Part shown: one piece after another, positions 19,079-29,167 of the stretch
Layout: each line of letters starts with the position of its first letter
Position numbering within the stretch: position 1 is the stretch's first letter
From: a virus
Direction: 5' to 3' (one strand)
Virus record (IMG/VR): IMGVR_UViG_3300048593_000672
Span: 10,688-74,687 of that record
DNA: 64,000 nucleotides
The notes under the pieces: model-generated
Told to the model about the DNA's origin: nothing
Databases searched by the model: none
What the model saw: only the letters and a program-made list of their open reading frames with translations
Made by a program: the position numbers and the translations under genes

Positions 19079-19534
19079 CTAACTACTCTCAAACGATTTA
19101 ATAATTGCCCAGTCGTCGGGCCGAACATGGGCGATGACCTGGGCGATGTCCGAGGGCAACAAACCAAGCTTACTTGCATTACTAACAATCTTAGCTGTTT
19201 CCGTGTCAATCGGCTCTTTACCCTTCTCTGGAAATTGAAAGGGTAAAAACTTAGCCGCATCGGGATACTCAACGGAAAAGTGATCGGGATTATTGTGAAC
19301 CTGAGTCCAGTAAGTAAAGTGAGCGACTAGCCTGGCCACCGTCATATTCTGGGCGTTAATCTCTTCGGCTCTTGACCGATTAATCAAAATCCACTTCTCG
19401 TATAACAACCAATCAGGCAGTTCTTCAAAATCGGATAGGGGTTGGCCCCAATTTAGCCAATCCCCCAGTATCCGATCCCAATCTACCTGTTTGGCATTTA
19501 GGATTTCCCTGATTTTTTCACAGGCTCCTTTCCC
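19079..19534 (-). CDS. Tail assembly chaperone GT extension (-1 frame)
   Basis: Frame open from slippery GGGAAAG through the 19079..19408 ORF. Confidence 0.75.
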   Translation of the reverse strand, partial: GKGACEKIREILNAKQVDWDRILGDWLNWGQPLSDFEELPDWLLYEKWILINRSRAEEINAQNMTVARLVAHFTYWTQVHNNPDHFSVEYPDAAKFLPFQFPEKGKEPIDTETAKIVSNASKLGLLPSDIAQVIAHVRPDDWAIIKSFESS

Positions 19535-20445
19535 CCCTCACTTTTTTCTGCTGGTGCTTCTACCCTGATGGCTGTCACTTGGTATGTTACGCCTTCTTCT
19601 AAGCTCAACCTTTGTTCTCCACAAAGGCTAAAAGAAGAGTCTGCTTTCATCTTGGCTGTAATCACATTGTCGGTATCTAGCCACCCCGTTTTACCCTGAT
19701 TTTCCTTATTCACAAATTCAGTAAACAGAGTCCGAACTAAACCTGGGGATAAATTTTTGACATTTTCAGCCGTGACTTTAAATGTTTTGCGCTCTGTATC
19801 AGACAAGTCTTTTAAAGCCACAACCCGCAAGGGAGAGGATAAAATACCAGCCAGCAACTCACAGTTATAGTTGGTTTGAGCTTCGGCATTCTGATCATTC
19901 AATTCACCTAGCTTAGTAAAGTCATCGCCTAACTTTTCGACAATTAACAGGTTGCGTTTTTTCTCTTCCTCGATTGCATCATCAAGGGATTTAGCATCAC
20001 TAAGACCCAAGCTTGTAGCAATAGCCGTAAGAGCATTTACAGCCGTTTTATTTTGCTCGTCATTGTCTTTATCTAGGAGTTGGGCAAGGTCAAGTAACCG
20101 GCTTAGGGTTTGCTTTTTAGTGCCACTACCCAATTCCACCGTTACGACTCGATGGATTTCATCTTCGGAGATTTGATACTTACGGGAATTACTGCCAACA
20201 ATGGCATAGTATTCTTTCTGAATCCTCTTAATTTCTTCTGATGCAGCCCCAACCGCTTCACGTTCACGACGAGTTAATCCCTTGAGCTTGTAAAGATAAA
20301 TACCAATCTCCCCGTCACTGTTTTTTTCTAGTAGCTTGTCTAAAATCGGTTCTTCGGGGGAATCAAACGAATGGCAAAGATCGAACTCTTCAATGGGGAT
20401 AAATACAGCTTCTTTTGCTTCCTTTAAATCCTTAAAAATGCCCAT
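19498..20445 (-). CDS. Tail assembly chaperone G
   Basis: Between major tail and tape measure; ends EGGKE.. with G GGA AAG. Confidence 0.75.
   Translation of the reverse strand: MGIFKDLKEAKEAVFIPIEEFDLCHSFDSPEEPILDKLLEKNSDGEIGIYLYKLKGLTRREREAVGAASEEIKRIQKEYYAIVGSNSRKYQISEDEIHRVVTVELGSGTKKQTLSRLLDLAQLLDKDNDEQNKTAVNALTAIATSLGLSDAKSLDDAIEEEKKRNLLIVEKLGDDFTKLGELNDQNAEAQTNYNCELLAGILSSPLRVVALKDLSDTERKTFKVTAENVKNLSPGLVRTLFTEFVNKENQGKTGWLDTDNVITAKMKADSSFSLCGEQRLSLEEGVTYQVTAIRVEAPAEKSEGGKEPVKKSGKS
19528..19534 (-). promoter_or_regulatory. -1 ribosomal frameshift heptamer GGGAAAG
   Basis: Same heptamer and phase as lambda G/GT; shift joins the two ORFs with no stop. Confidence 0.85.
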
Positions 20446-20491
20446 AAATAATTAATCACTATAGTTGTCAGCTTTATTATGGCATACAAAC

Positions 20492-20746
20492 TTAGCTTGA
20501 CAACAACTTTAGTTGAAAACTCTCTGGGCTATACAACACCCGATGATTCTTCTGGTAAATTAATTGGGGTGGCAACTCAACCAAGATTGGCACTTCATTA
20601 ATACCAGCAAGAAGATTGATTGTGTCGGGTAGGTAGGGAGCAAAATAGCCCAGGCGATAAAAAAGAGTCTGGTCAACCACTTTACAGTTGGCTAACCAGA
20701 CTAAATCCAAATCGTTCCAATGAGAGCGCAAAAGATTAAGCCGCAT
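20492..20746 (-). CDS. Hypothetical protein
   Basis: ATG at 20746 overlaps the major tail stop. Confidence 0.5.
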   Translation of the reverse strand: MRLNLLRSHWNDLDLVWLANCKVVDQTLFYRLGYFAPYLPDTINLLAGINEVPILVELPPQLIYQKNHRVLYSPESFQLKLLSS

Positions 20747-21440
20747 TTTGGGGGATCTTTTTCCATGTACCGTTAACATGCAACGTGACGTTGTATTGAT
20801 TAAAGGCGTTGTTGGAACGTTGTTCAGACTCACTGAATCGGCAGTTAGCAATACGACCGCCTCGACCTTGGGCATTAAGAATCATGACTCGAAGCATCTT
20901 GCCAGCTTCAATCGCATCTTGCATTAACTTCTTGCCAGGATCACCGTAAATGTCGGGGCCGGAAGTTTGTCCAGAAGACATAACACCAGAAACAGCCTTG
21001 GCAATCTCTAAAGTGTTAAATGCTTGATCTTGATATTCCTGGGATTGGTTATCGGTGTTGGCAGACTTGGCAGAGAAAAAGGGGACAAAGCATTCAACAA
21101 TAGCTGCCGAGTTGTCTGCGATCGCTACGGCTGCGGGATAGATGGGGATTGTGGTAGCGTTTGCGGCAGTTTTGGTCTTAACGCGAACAACTTTAGAAAC
21201 GTTACTAACAACAAAAACAATGGGCTGACCTTCATACAAGATTTTGGTGCAACCAGTATCAACAGTGATAGTCGTGTCATCAACGTCAACAGCCGCAGCT
21301 AAAGTGAGCGTTTCAATGCCTGGGATAACACCGGCGGGAGCTTCTTCATCAAAAGGAGTGGGAGAGACAAAGATTTGAGTACCCTGACCAGGTGTGTAAA
21401 GGCTGGTATCGTCGAGGGTAGTGTAATTATCACCGGCCAT
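20736..21440 (-). CDS. Major tail protein
   Basis: Position, size, tube-like pattern (GQGTQIFVS...DPG..YNVTLHVNG). Confidence 0.75.
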   Translation of the reverse strand: MAGDNYTTLDDTSLYTPGQGTQIFVSPTPFDEEAPAGVIPGIETLTLAAAVDVDDTTITVDTGCTKILYEGQPIVFVVSNVSKVVRVKTKTAANATTIPIYPAAVAIADNSAAIVECFVPFFSAKSANTDNQSQEYQDQAFNTLEIAKAVSGVMSSGQTSGPDIYGDPGKKLMQDAIEAGKMLRVMILNAQGRGGRIANCRFSESEQRSNNAFNQYNVTLHVNGTWKKIPQNAA

Positions 21441-21445
21441 AAAAA

Positions 21446-21901
21446 TTACCTATAAGAATTTGTTTGCGTCACAATTAAATTCATTCTAGCCTGTGCAGGA
21501 TAAATTGCACCATCTAGTTCAGCGTATGGTCTAATTACTGGATTTTGATGAATAACGAAACTACTCTCAGATTGAATTTTGCTAATAGCGATCGCCAACA
21601 CCCCGTCATAATTCCACTGTCTCAGGATTAGCTCAAACAAAAGATGATAAGACTTTAAAGCCAACAACCCCCCATCATTCATTTTTGGCTCAAGATTTAA
21701 GATTGCCTCAATGCCAGAGCCATCAACGATCTTATAGTTTTGGGGAAGGTCGGGGGGACTTATCCACACGGCTGGTATTTGTCCCTGTTCAACCTGATAC
21801 AGCCCCAGGTCATCAGCTAACAAAAGTCTAATAGCATCTGAGACATTGAGGGCAAAAGTGTCTAGTTGAGTTTGGGTGATGGACATAATAAATACCAGCA
21901 A
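21446..21901 (-). CDS. Tail terminator/completion protein
   Basis: Synteny upstream of major tail. Confidence 0.55.
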   Translation of the reverse strand: MLVFIMSITQTQLDTFALNVSDAIRLLLADDLGLYQVEQGQIPAVWISPPDLPQNYKIVDGSGIEAILNLEPKMNDGGLLALKSYHLLFELILRQWNYDGVLAIAISKIQSESSFVIHQNPVIRPYAELDGAIYPAQARMNLIVTQTNSYR

Positions 21902-21906
21902 AAAGA

Positions 21907-22386
21907 TTAGTAATCAAATTCAGTTGTCTCAGTCTCAACCGTAATATCCCTCAAGCCAGCATCCTTAACGTACCGACCACGATCGTCGCGCAACCTGGTA
22001 ACACCCCTCTTGTCCGTAGAAAGATTCGCTTTAAGCTTCTCGGCTATGCGCTCGGCAATACTCATCCCATCTTCCAGCGCATCGGACATAAAGGGTCGGG
22101 CGGGTAGAATCGCATGACCGTTAGAGCCGCCTTCATGCACTAAATCACTATACTTAGCCGTGTTAAAAAACTTAACGTGAAGACCGTTAATATCAACGTC
22201 TTGGCTCTCTAACAAATGCTCCGAGTCCAAAATATCCCTTGGACTGCCAGCAGGGGGTTTATGTTTACGGATAGTCTTATTGGGCCAATACCAGTGTGGA
22301 GATTCAATATTGTCCAGAATCTCATTGTGGATTTCATACGCAACTTCGGCTAAGGCAGCCTCTACCAGTGGATTAATGTTAATCAC
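21907..22386 (-). CDS. HK97 gp10-like tail completion protein
   Basis: PRDILDSEHL, YSDLVHEG, PARPFM. Confidence 0.75.
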   Translation of the reverse strand: MININPLVEAALAEVAYEIHNEILDNIESPHWYWPNKTIRKHKPPAGSPRDILDSEHLLESQDVDINGLHVKFFNTAKYSDLVHEGGSNGHAILPARPFMSDALEDGMSIAERIAEKLKANLSTDKRGVTRLRDDRGRYVKDAGLRDITVETETTEFDY

Positions 22387-22434
22387 TTGACAACTAAGTT
22401 TGCTATAGTATTATCAATCATAACATTTTACGGT

Positions 22435-24081
22435 ATGCTGTCCTTCCCCCTAATTGAATCGTTAACCATTCAAACAACAGTTGACTTCCCAAAGAATCAT
22501 ATCTTGAGAGATGATAAAGGGCGGGAACAGCGCATTATCCCCCACCAAGCCCCACTACGCAAATTTAACTTAACCAAAAAGATATTAACTGCCAGTGATG
22601 TTAATGATCTTTATGACTTATTTGAAAGCATGAAGGGGGCTGGCGATAGCTTTCTTTACCAAGATAAATCAGATTATAGGGCGACTCGTTTAGCTAATAC
22701 TTTCTCTGCTGGTGTTTATACTCAAGGCGTAATTATTAAAAGTGGTAGCACTTATTTACTTTGCAAAAAATACGCCTGTGGCGATAACATTCATTACCGT
22801 CCCATCTATCATGCCGACACATTAACGATTTACAGTGGTGATACGGTTGTGACAGGCTGGACATTCTTTGACGGTGGCACAATAACTGGATTATCTGGGG
22901 ATGGCTATACTGCAAACTTTACTTTTAAAACCCCCGTTAGGTTTGAAGTTGATAAGCTTGAAAACGTCATCTCTACAAGCAAAAATAGCTCAGGTCGCTT
23001 ACTTTATTCGCTTAACAATGTAATGTTATCTGAGACGCGACAAAGCATCCCTATCATCCTCACAGATACATTTCTAGACGATTGTGGACATACTTTTCAG
23101 ATAGATTTCCTGTTTAACGCTACTATCAGCAAAAACTACACTACTGAGATAATCCCATTAGCCAGTGGATATGAAAAACGAACCTCGTTACAGGATGATG
23201 GCATTACTGAGATTGACTTTGGCGATCGCACTCAACTAACCCAAGATCAACTTGAATACTTGCTATGCGTTTGGCTAAATACTAAGGGCTGTGGCGCATT
23301 CTTCAACTTTGAAGATGAAACAAATACCAGCGTGGGAGCAAGGTTTGATAATATCCCTTTAAGTTACACACAGCGATCGCCACTCCCCTATCCCAAATAT
23401 GAAGTTAAGGGATTAAGAGCAAGATTATTTTATGAGGGAATTTTAGAGGATACCGGCTACAACGGTTGGACTGGTTCTGTTTTGACGCTGTGTGATTGTA
23501 TTAAGATTAAAATAGAAACCCCACCTGCTATTACCGTTATTACCGTGCTAACCTATACGACGGGACAAAGCACTTTCGGTTATACGCTCTTACTAAAAGC
23601 GGCTCATTATGGTACTTACGCGCAGTCGGATACGGTTGTAGGGACGTGGACTGACTTAACAATTGTTGGGAATGGCCCGATTATTGTTAGTGGTTTCTGG
23701 ACATATGTAGGTGGATTTTCAATGTTGACCTATGGCGGGCCTATTGTAAACGGCATAAATTTAGGATGGCACGGTGGAGGCATAGACGAGGGTGAAGTTT
23801 ATGTTTATCCCCGTTCAAATCCTAATGCACCTGGTTTCTCAACGATTGGCTCCATCTCTTATCAAATAGTGTTATCAAGTAATGGAAAAAGAGATATTAT
23901 TCAGTTACCCTACACTAATCTAATTAGTATTGAAAGCGTGAAAAATATTAGCCAAACAATTACCTACATTGAGAGTGTAGATTATGAGATTGTCAGCCTT
24001 GTTAGTGGGCAGATTAGACCATTAGTGGGCGGGGCGATTGAGGACAACCAGCAGCTAATTATTAGTTATTCAATAGCCTAA
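22435..24081 (+). CDS. Distal tail protein with two DUF2460-like repeats plus hub-like strand and extra domain
   Basis: GREQR..GAGDSFLYQD..FTFKTPVRFEVD, then SGYEKR..KGCGAFFNF..ARFD; ATG 22435 after a promoter. Confidence 0.75.
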   Translation: MLSFPLIESLTIQTTVDFPKNHILRDDKGREQRIIPHQAPLRKFNLTKKILTASDVNDLYDLFESMKGAGDSFLYQDKSDYRATRLANTFSAGVYTQGVIIKSGSTYLLCKKYACGDNIHYRPIYHADTLTIYSGDTVVTGWTFFDGGTITGLSGDGYTANFTFKTPVRFEVDKLENVISTSKNSSGRLLYSLNNVMLSETRQSIPIILTDTFLDDCGHTFQIDFLFNATISKNYTTEIIPLASGYEKRTSLQDDGITEIDFGDRTQLTQDQLEYLLCVWLNTKGCGAFFNFEDETNTSVGARFDNIPLSYTQRSPLPYPKYEVKGLRARLFYEGILEDTGYNGWTGSVLTLCDCIKIKIETPPAITVITVLTYTTGQSTFGYTLLLKAAHYGTYAQSDTVVGTWTDLTIVGNGPIIVSGFWTYVGGFSMLTYGGPIVNGINLGWHGGGIDEGEVYVYPRSNPNAPGFSTIGSISYQIVLSSNGKRDIIQLPYTNLISIESVKNISQTITYIESVDYEIVSLVSGQIRPLVGGAIEDNQQLIISYSIA

Positions 24082-24160
24082 AGCTTGATATAAAAAATGG
24101 TTGAGTGGAAAGTAGCCTAGTCAAGTGATACCACGCTCTAGATATTGAACTATATTTTAA

Positions 24161-24379
24161 TCACAGGTATCTTAATGCAGTTGCTTCTGTATCTGTGATT
24201 GCCCGATTAAACATAGAAAAAGACGAGACAACTCCATTAAAAAACCATGTATTATTGTAGCTACCCAGTCTATAAACATGATTAAAGTTTAAAGGCGTAA
24301 CGTATGACCCAAACGCACCATACCCTCTCTGGTAAATATTAAAGCTGGAATTTCCAGTTGAGCAGCAAATTGTTGTCAT
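24161..24379 (-). pseudogene. LamG/concanavalin-like C-terminal fragment
   Basis: LGSY..FFNGVVSSFSMFNRAITDTE; only 72 aa. Confidence 0.5.
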
Positions 24380-24381
24380 TT

Positions 24382-25320
24382 TTATTCTCTCAAAATACCA
24401 TATAATCTTATTTCAGCGCAATCCGCGTAACTTGTTGCATTACTAGTAAATCGATAGAAAGAATAATCAGCAGTATTTGAAATAGAAGGAGAGTACCAAC
24501 TCGAATCATTCGGAGTTGATAGCCCTGTTGCTAGGGTTGTCCAGTCCGTCCCATTGTTTGAGGCTGAAATACTGAACGGATTAAAACTCCAGCCTCCTTG
24601 CCTGGGTAACATAGAAATTCTATCCACCATCGCCGTTCTGCTTCCATTAAATTTAATAGTGAAATTTGGGTTTGCTTCATAATTACTATGGAAAAAATCA
24701 GTATTGACTCGGTTTGTTGCCTGAGCAGTGATCAAACCAGCATAGTTACTTGATTCACTAGCAGTAATAAAGCCCCTTGTGTGAGGATTTATAAAATTCT
24801 CAGTCGCCGCATTTGTTCCTAAATAATAAAGAATATCATTCGTATCATTGTCGCTGACATAAGTACAAATAATACCAGGTGGCACATAACCTGGTAGCCA
24901 ATTGATAGTATAGGAACCAGTGATAACCTTAATATTATGATTTGTATCTAATAAGAAAAAATCAATTGAATTATTAGCATCTATTTTAACGCCTTTATTG
25001 GCGGGTATAGTAACCCCATTTACGGTTGAAAGTCCATAAAAAACAATGTATTTTGTGCTTAAATTTACCCAAATAATATGTTCACCAATGCCTAAACTTG
25101 AACAATCTATGCCGATATTAGCCGCTATGTTATCGGTAAAATAATAGCCGCTAGAAGTCAAGGCAGTATTTTGATTGATGGGTAAGGAAAATTTGATACT
25201 TCCATTGAACGAGTTAGGATTGTCTGGCGCGATCGCCCCTCCACTCCCAACCCCTGAAGTAGCAGTTGACCGGAGTGTTGCCATTCTCCCGTCAATCAAT
25301 TCGAGTGAGCTTTTCATCAA
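24382..25320 (-). CDS. Tail/receptor-binding protein with discoidin (F5/8 C)-like domain
   Basis: FSISASNNGTDWT, YSFYRF, AEIRLYG. Confidence 0.65.
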   Translation of the reverse strand: MMKSSLELIDGRMATLRSTATSGVGSGGAIAPDNPNSFNGSIKFSLPINQNTALTSSGYYFTDNIAANIGIDCSSLGIGEHIIWVNLSTKYIVFYGLSTVNGVTIPANKGVKIDANNSIDFFLLDTNHNIKVITGSYTINWLPGYVPPGIICTYVSDNDTNDILYYLGTNAATENFINPHTRGFITASESSNYAGLITAQATNRVNTDFFHSNYEANPNFTIKFNGSRTAMVDRISMLPRQGGWSFNPFSISASNNGTDWTTLATGLSTPNDSSWYSPSISNTADYSFYRFTSNATSYADCAEIRLYGILRE

Positions 25321-25790
25321 CTATCTCCTCTGATTAATGCCACAAATTCAGATGGTAAATCAAACGACTCAGCTATTGTTGCCCATAAATTTCGATGCTC
25401 TTGAGCTACTTCTGCGATCTGGCAAAACAGTGGAAAGGCTACCGCAAAATCATCTACCCCATGATCAATGATAAAACTGTAGGCTAGGTCTTTTTTGCCC
25501 ACTATTGACGGATGGCGAGTGTTAGCAATAGCTTCATAATTGATCATGTTTTGTTCAAATGATATTGTCAAATTGAATCCTACCCAACTAGGTACAGGAT
25601 CGGCAATTGGCTCTGGGTTAGGGATAATTTCTATTTCTTCATCTGATTCAATAAAATCTTGCCACACTTTTTGTAAAACCGATAAAGTAGGCTCAGTCAC
25701 TCCCGAAAAATTAGGTTCGTCATTAATCCAAGGGAGAATGCTTATAATGTCATTACATTCCAAGTAAATTGTAGTTTCCGATCTTTTCAT
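25317..25790 (-). CDS. Putative tail fibre assembly protein
   Basis: Position in fibre cluster. Confidence 0.45.
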   Translation of the reverse strand: MKRSETTIYLECNDIISILPWINDEPNFSGVTEPTLSVLQKVWQDFIESDEEIEIIPNPEPIADPVPSWVGFNLTISFEQNMINYEAIANTRHPSIVGKKDLAYSFIIDHGVDDFAVAFPLFCQIAEVAQEHRNLWATIAESFDLPSEFVALIRGDS

Positions 25791-26356
25791 GGGGCTATTC
25801 TCCTATAAGAAATATTGATTGCAAAGACTATATTATTAGGAGTGCCAACTTTAGTGCCTCTTACGGTTACACAATTTCTTGTTTTTCCGCTTACTACTTC
25901 TGTCGTGTCAATGACATATTGAGTGGTAGAAAATAACGTGGTCAAAGATGCACTTGTTATCGATCCTAGCGATGCTACTTGAATCACGCTATCGTTAAGG
26001 GGAGCGTAGCCAAGGCTAACATCCCATCTATTATTAGCGTCTGCCGAAGAGACGGTGGTTGTAACGTTAGATTCAAACAAAAGAATCCTAAAAGAACCAC
26101 TAGAAACAGGAAAATACAATACGTTGGTTGAACTAAATACGTTTAGTCCTGATTGGATAGTATATATTTGTTTAGTAACCCAATAAACTCCATTCCAAAG
26201 CCACCATGTAAGGTCATCTGTTTTATACCAAATATCATCAGCTACCAAAGCACTACCATTAACCCTTGTCGTTGGTTTTGTAGATTGATAAAAATGTTCA
26301 ACCTCGTTTATTCTAGTCCCGTTTGGTAGAATATTGGGGGGATTAATTAACAACAT
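25787..26356 (-). CDS. Tail fibre-like protein
   Basis: KPTTRVNGSALVADDIWY..WLWNGVYW. Confidence 0.6.
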   Translation of the reverse strand: MLLINPPNILPNGTRINEVEHFYQSTKPTTRVNGSALVADDIWYKTDDLTWWLWNGVYWVTKQIYTIQSGLNVFSSTNVLYFPVSSGSFRILLFESNVTTTVSSADANNRWDVSLGYAPLNDSVIQVASLGSITSASLTTLFSTTQYVIDTTEVVSGKTRNCVTVRGTKVGTPNNIVFAINISYRRIAP

Positions 26357-26953
26357 TTAAACTACCTCCGTAACTCTAGCAGCACCGTTTGCTGATGTCC
26401 AAACACCTTTAATCTCACCTGAATAATCATCCCCTTTGATGATTAATGTCGCGTCAGGTTGTAGCTTAACTGTGTAGTTGGTAGTAGATGCTGCACTAGC
26501 GTTACAACAGACGTATAAAATAGCAGTTGAATCATTATAAATAATCGCAGTTTTTCGATTGTTGTTTGCTGCCAATAAAGTAACAGAAGTAGCAATACTT
26601 GTTACATTACTTAGTGTTGAAGTTGCGGCATAGGATTGAGTTACAGATAGCGAGGTTGCCGGTGTTTTTACTCCCGCAACTAAAGCAGATAAGATAGCTT
26701 TTAATCTGTCAAGTACAGTATTGGCGGTTGGGATTGGCTGTATCTCCCCAACTTGAGCAACAATACTGGCTAAAGTTGCTTCTGTTGCTAATGTGTCTGT
26801 TACCGCTAATGCTGTCGATAATTGAGCCTCTGTTACTGGTTGATCGAGTTGATTGTTAACAGTAACGATACTGCTTTTTTTGTCAGTATCTACAATCAAA
26901 GCAGCTAATTTTTGCGTGTTTCCGCCAGCGTCTAATGCTGTTATAAAATCCAT
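26357..26953 (-). CDS. Virion structural/fibre protein
   Basis: LLAANNNRKTAIIYNDS..YSGEIKGVW beta-sandwich pattern. Confidence 0.55.
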   Translation of the reverse strand: MDFITALDAGGNTQKLAALIVDTDKKSSIVTVNNQLDQPVTEAQLSTALAVTDTLATEATLASIVAQVGEIQPIPTANTVLDRLKAILSALVAGVKTPATSLSVTQSYAATSTLSNVTSIATSVTLLAANNNRKTAIIYNDSTAILYVCCNASAASTTNYTVKLQPDATLIIKGDDYSGEIKGVWTSANGAARVTEVV

Positions 26954-27261
26954 TACCAAAAAGCCCTCCAAAGCTGGCTAAATCGACTTCTTAGGTCAGT
27001 AGTAATATTAATCTCTCCAATTACTATTACCACGACATTGATTTTCTGATCCGGTGTTCGATACAATTCACTGGCAGACAAACCTCCGGCGATCGCCTCT
27101 GCATTGCTGTTAAAGTCTGGGATATAGGAACCATCAAAGACAATAGAGCTAATAGGTTTTGCGCTGATTATAGCAGCAACATTACTTGCACTAATGACGG
27201 CGTTAACCGGCTCAGAGCTAACAACGGAATTGACAGGTAAAGCATTGATAACATTAGACAT
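26953..27261 (-). CDS. Hypothetical tail protein
   Basis: NAEAIAGGL..LYRT motif; coupled ORF. Confidence 0.5.
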   Translation of the reverse strand: MSNVINALPVNSVVSSEPVNAVISASNVAAIISAKPISSIVFDGSYIPDFNSNAEAIAGGLSASELYRTPDQKINVVVIVIGEINITTDLRSRFSQLWRAFW

Positions 27262-27655
27262 GGCTCACCCTTCCAATTACTTGAGCCAGTGCATAAGACG
27301 CTGACAAAACAATATTATTTCTAGAAATATTCATATCAAAAGGATAGGCTGTTTTAATAGACAAGGTGTTGTTGCCTTGGTATTTTGTGGGAGTTAAATC
27401 AACTGTTACATCAGACGACAGCAATGGGTAGAAATGAGTGTAATCTTTCGTCTCATCATAATAAGTCTCCCCCCATTCAAACGTAGCTAAAAGAGAGCCG
27501 TTATTCTCTTCTAGATCAGTTCGCAGTTGCCCAAAAGGAGTCCACAAAGTATAGTCACCATCAGGAAAGATAATTGAATAAAACTTTAGATAGTTCCAAT
27601 CCTCCCCTTGTATAATGGCGGCTTCGCCTGTAATATTTTGTAGTTGTCTTGACAT
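27254..27655 (-). CDS. BppU-like adaptor protein
   Basis: IIQGEDW..GQLR pattern, position. Confidence 0.45.
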   Translation of the reverse strand: MSRQLQNITGEAAIIQGEDWNYLKFYSIIFPDGDYTLWTPFGQLRTDLEENNGSLLATFEWGETYYDETKDYTHFYPLLSSDVTVDLTPTKYQGNNTLSIKTAYPFDMNISRNNIVLSASYALAQVIGRVSHV

Positions 27656-27663
27656 TTTAACCC

Positions 27664-27912
27664 CTACGAATAACGCCCTAAAATTTGAACTGTAACCTTG
27701 TTTGCTGTGTCTGTTACTGCCTGAATAGTATCGTTAACTGCTGACAGTGTCAAGGAATAGGGGAGATCAAAAATAAAGGTTTCTTTAGTGGCAATTTCTC
27801 TTTCAAAAAATATGTTAGTTGTATCTGATGCTGTGCCAACACTCCCCCCTGAATTAGGGACATTATAAAGCTTTACCGTTTCTGCTGTTGTAATTGTTTA
27901 TTATCAAAGATA
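27664..27912 (-). pseudogene. 5'-truncated tail gene remnant resembling the 29168..29497 type
   Basis: Startless frame TTAETVKLYNVPN...DTIQAVTDTANKVTVQILGRYS*. Confidence 0.5.
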
Positions 27913-27913
27913 A

Positions 27914-28843
27914 TCACAAAATCCTCATCCCCTGCCATTGCGTCCCGCCAACACTTAAGATAATATTCCCAGTAGTATTGTCAATAATCCTAGCGGCGGC
28001 TACCTCAGATGCTACCCCACAAAATCCAAATTTCACAAATCCTCGGAAATAAAGAGTTGTACTGCCCCCATAAGCTGTGCTTGAATTTCTTCCCTCTAAA
28101 TAAGAATAGGGATCAATAATAGCTTGGCCGTCATAATTTCTCCCGCCATTATAGGCTAAGTAAGCGGCATTTGTCGCTCCGACCTCATTTAGCCTCGCAT
28201 TCGCAGATGTTACGGTTACTCCTATTCGCTTTGTGAAATCAAAAGTTGAAAGCAATAATGGTTGAATCACCGTGTTTACAGCCGTCCCTGCTGGATCTGT
28301 CTGTGAGTGGAAATCGACGCTAAGTTGCTTCCAATTGGTATTAGCGTGTTTGGCCTTTGCCACATAAGCGTATAAATATCCTGAAGCATAAAGTCTTCCA
28401 AGCATCCATGCCCATTGATCTGTTAAGTCAATTCTGTTAAGAAAGCCGAAATGATAACCAAAACAAGCTCCTGACGCATTGTAAATACAAATACAGCCAG
28501 CGTCACTATCGGCACTTAACCAAAGCCGATTAATGCTTCCCTCAGTAAAGGTTAAAGTATGAGTCGCAGTTGGGGAACCATTTATTTTAGTTTCTTCTAA
28601 CCACCCCCTAAGCGTTAGCGTCATACTAGGCGCGGAACCACTAACAACAAATTCAACCCAGCAGTTATGGTTATTTGATGTAACTCCTTTAGTAAATAAA
28701 GAAGTACCAGATACTTTGCTGATGGTTGTCCACCCCGCACTAGCTAAATTCGTATCTAGTGTATTTATTAAATTAATAGCGGTTGTGAATTGATAGCCCG
28801 TGTAATCACCTGGAGTTGTGCTGTTTAAATAAACTACTGGCAT
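27914..28843 (-). CDS. Tail-associated structural protein
   Basis: 309-aa Gly/Thr-rich ORF in fibre cluster. Confidence 0.55.
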   Translation of the reverse strand: MPVVYLNSTTPGDYTGYQFTTAINLINTLDTNLASAGWTTISKVSGTSLFTKGVTSNNHNCWVEFVVSGSAPSMTLTLRGWLEETKINGSPTATHTLTFTEGSINRLWLSADSDAGCICIYNASGACFGYHFGFLNRIDLTDQWAWMLGRLYASGYLYAYVAKAKHANTNWKQLSVDFHSQTDPAGTAVNTVIQPLLLSTFDFTKRIGVTVTSANARLNEVGATNAAYLAYNGGRNYDGQAIIDPYSYLEGRNSSTAYGGSTTLYFRGFVKFGFCGVASEVAAARIIDNTTGNIILSVGGTQWQGMRIL

Positions 28844-29166
28844 TAAAAACCTCTACTGTTTGGTGTGGCAGAATAAGGGGCAGGACTGACAAAATAAGCG
28901 ATTGGTAAGTTGATAAAAGGTGTGTCTGATTGAATAATCTTAAAAACAGAAATATTGCCAGATGAATCACTTGAAGGTGTGGCGCTCACACTCCCATCCC
29001 TTTTAGCAGCTTGATTGATTGTAATTTTAGGCAGTCCAGTCTCAATGACTGGGGGAGCCGTATATCTTTTTCCCTCTTGACAAATTTTTATCAAAGGTAA
29101 ATTAGACCCCGATGGTGTAGCAACGGGGATAAATCTTTTGCCTTTAAAATAACGAGTTTTAAGCAT
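28843..29166 (-). CDS. Hypothetical protein
   Basis: Coupled ORF. Confidence 0.5.
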   Translation of the reverse strand: MLKTRYFKGKRFIPVATPSGSNLPLIKICQEGKRYTAPPVIETGLPKITINQAAKRDGSVSATPSSDSSGNISVFKIIQSDTPFINLPIAYFVSPAPYSATPNSRGF

Positions 29167-29167
29167 T

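Noticed and set aside
20736-20765. Frameshift extension of the major tail protein into the 20492 ORF
   Set aside because: An ATG at 20746 overlapping the stop explains it by coupling; no correctly phased slippery site
3580-24100. Programmed excision joining the Dit end to the hub start
   Set aside because: No convincing direct repeat at 3590 and 24080 beyond TATTCA
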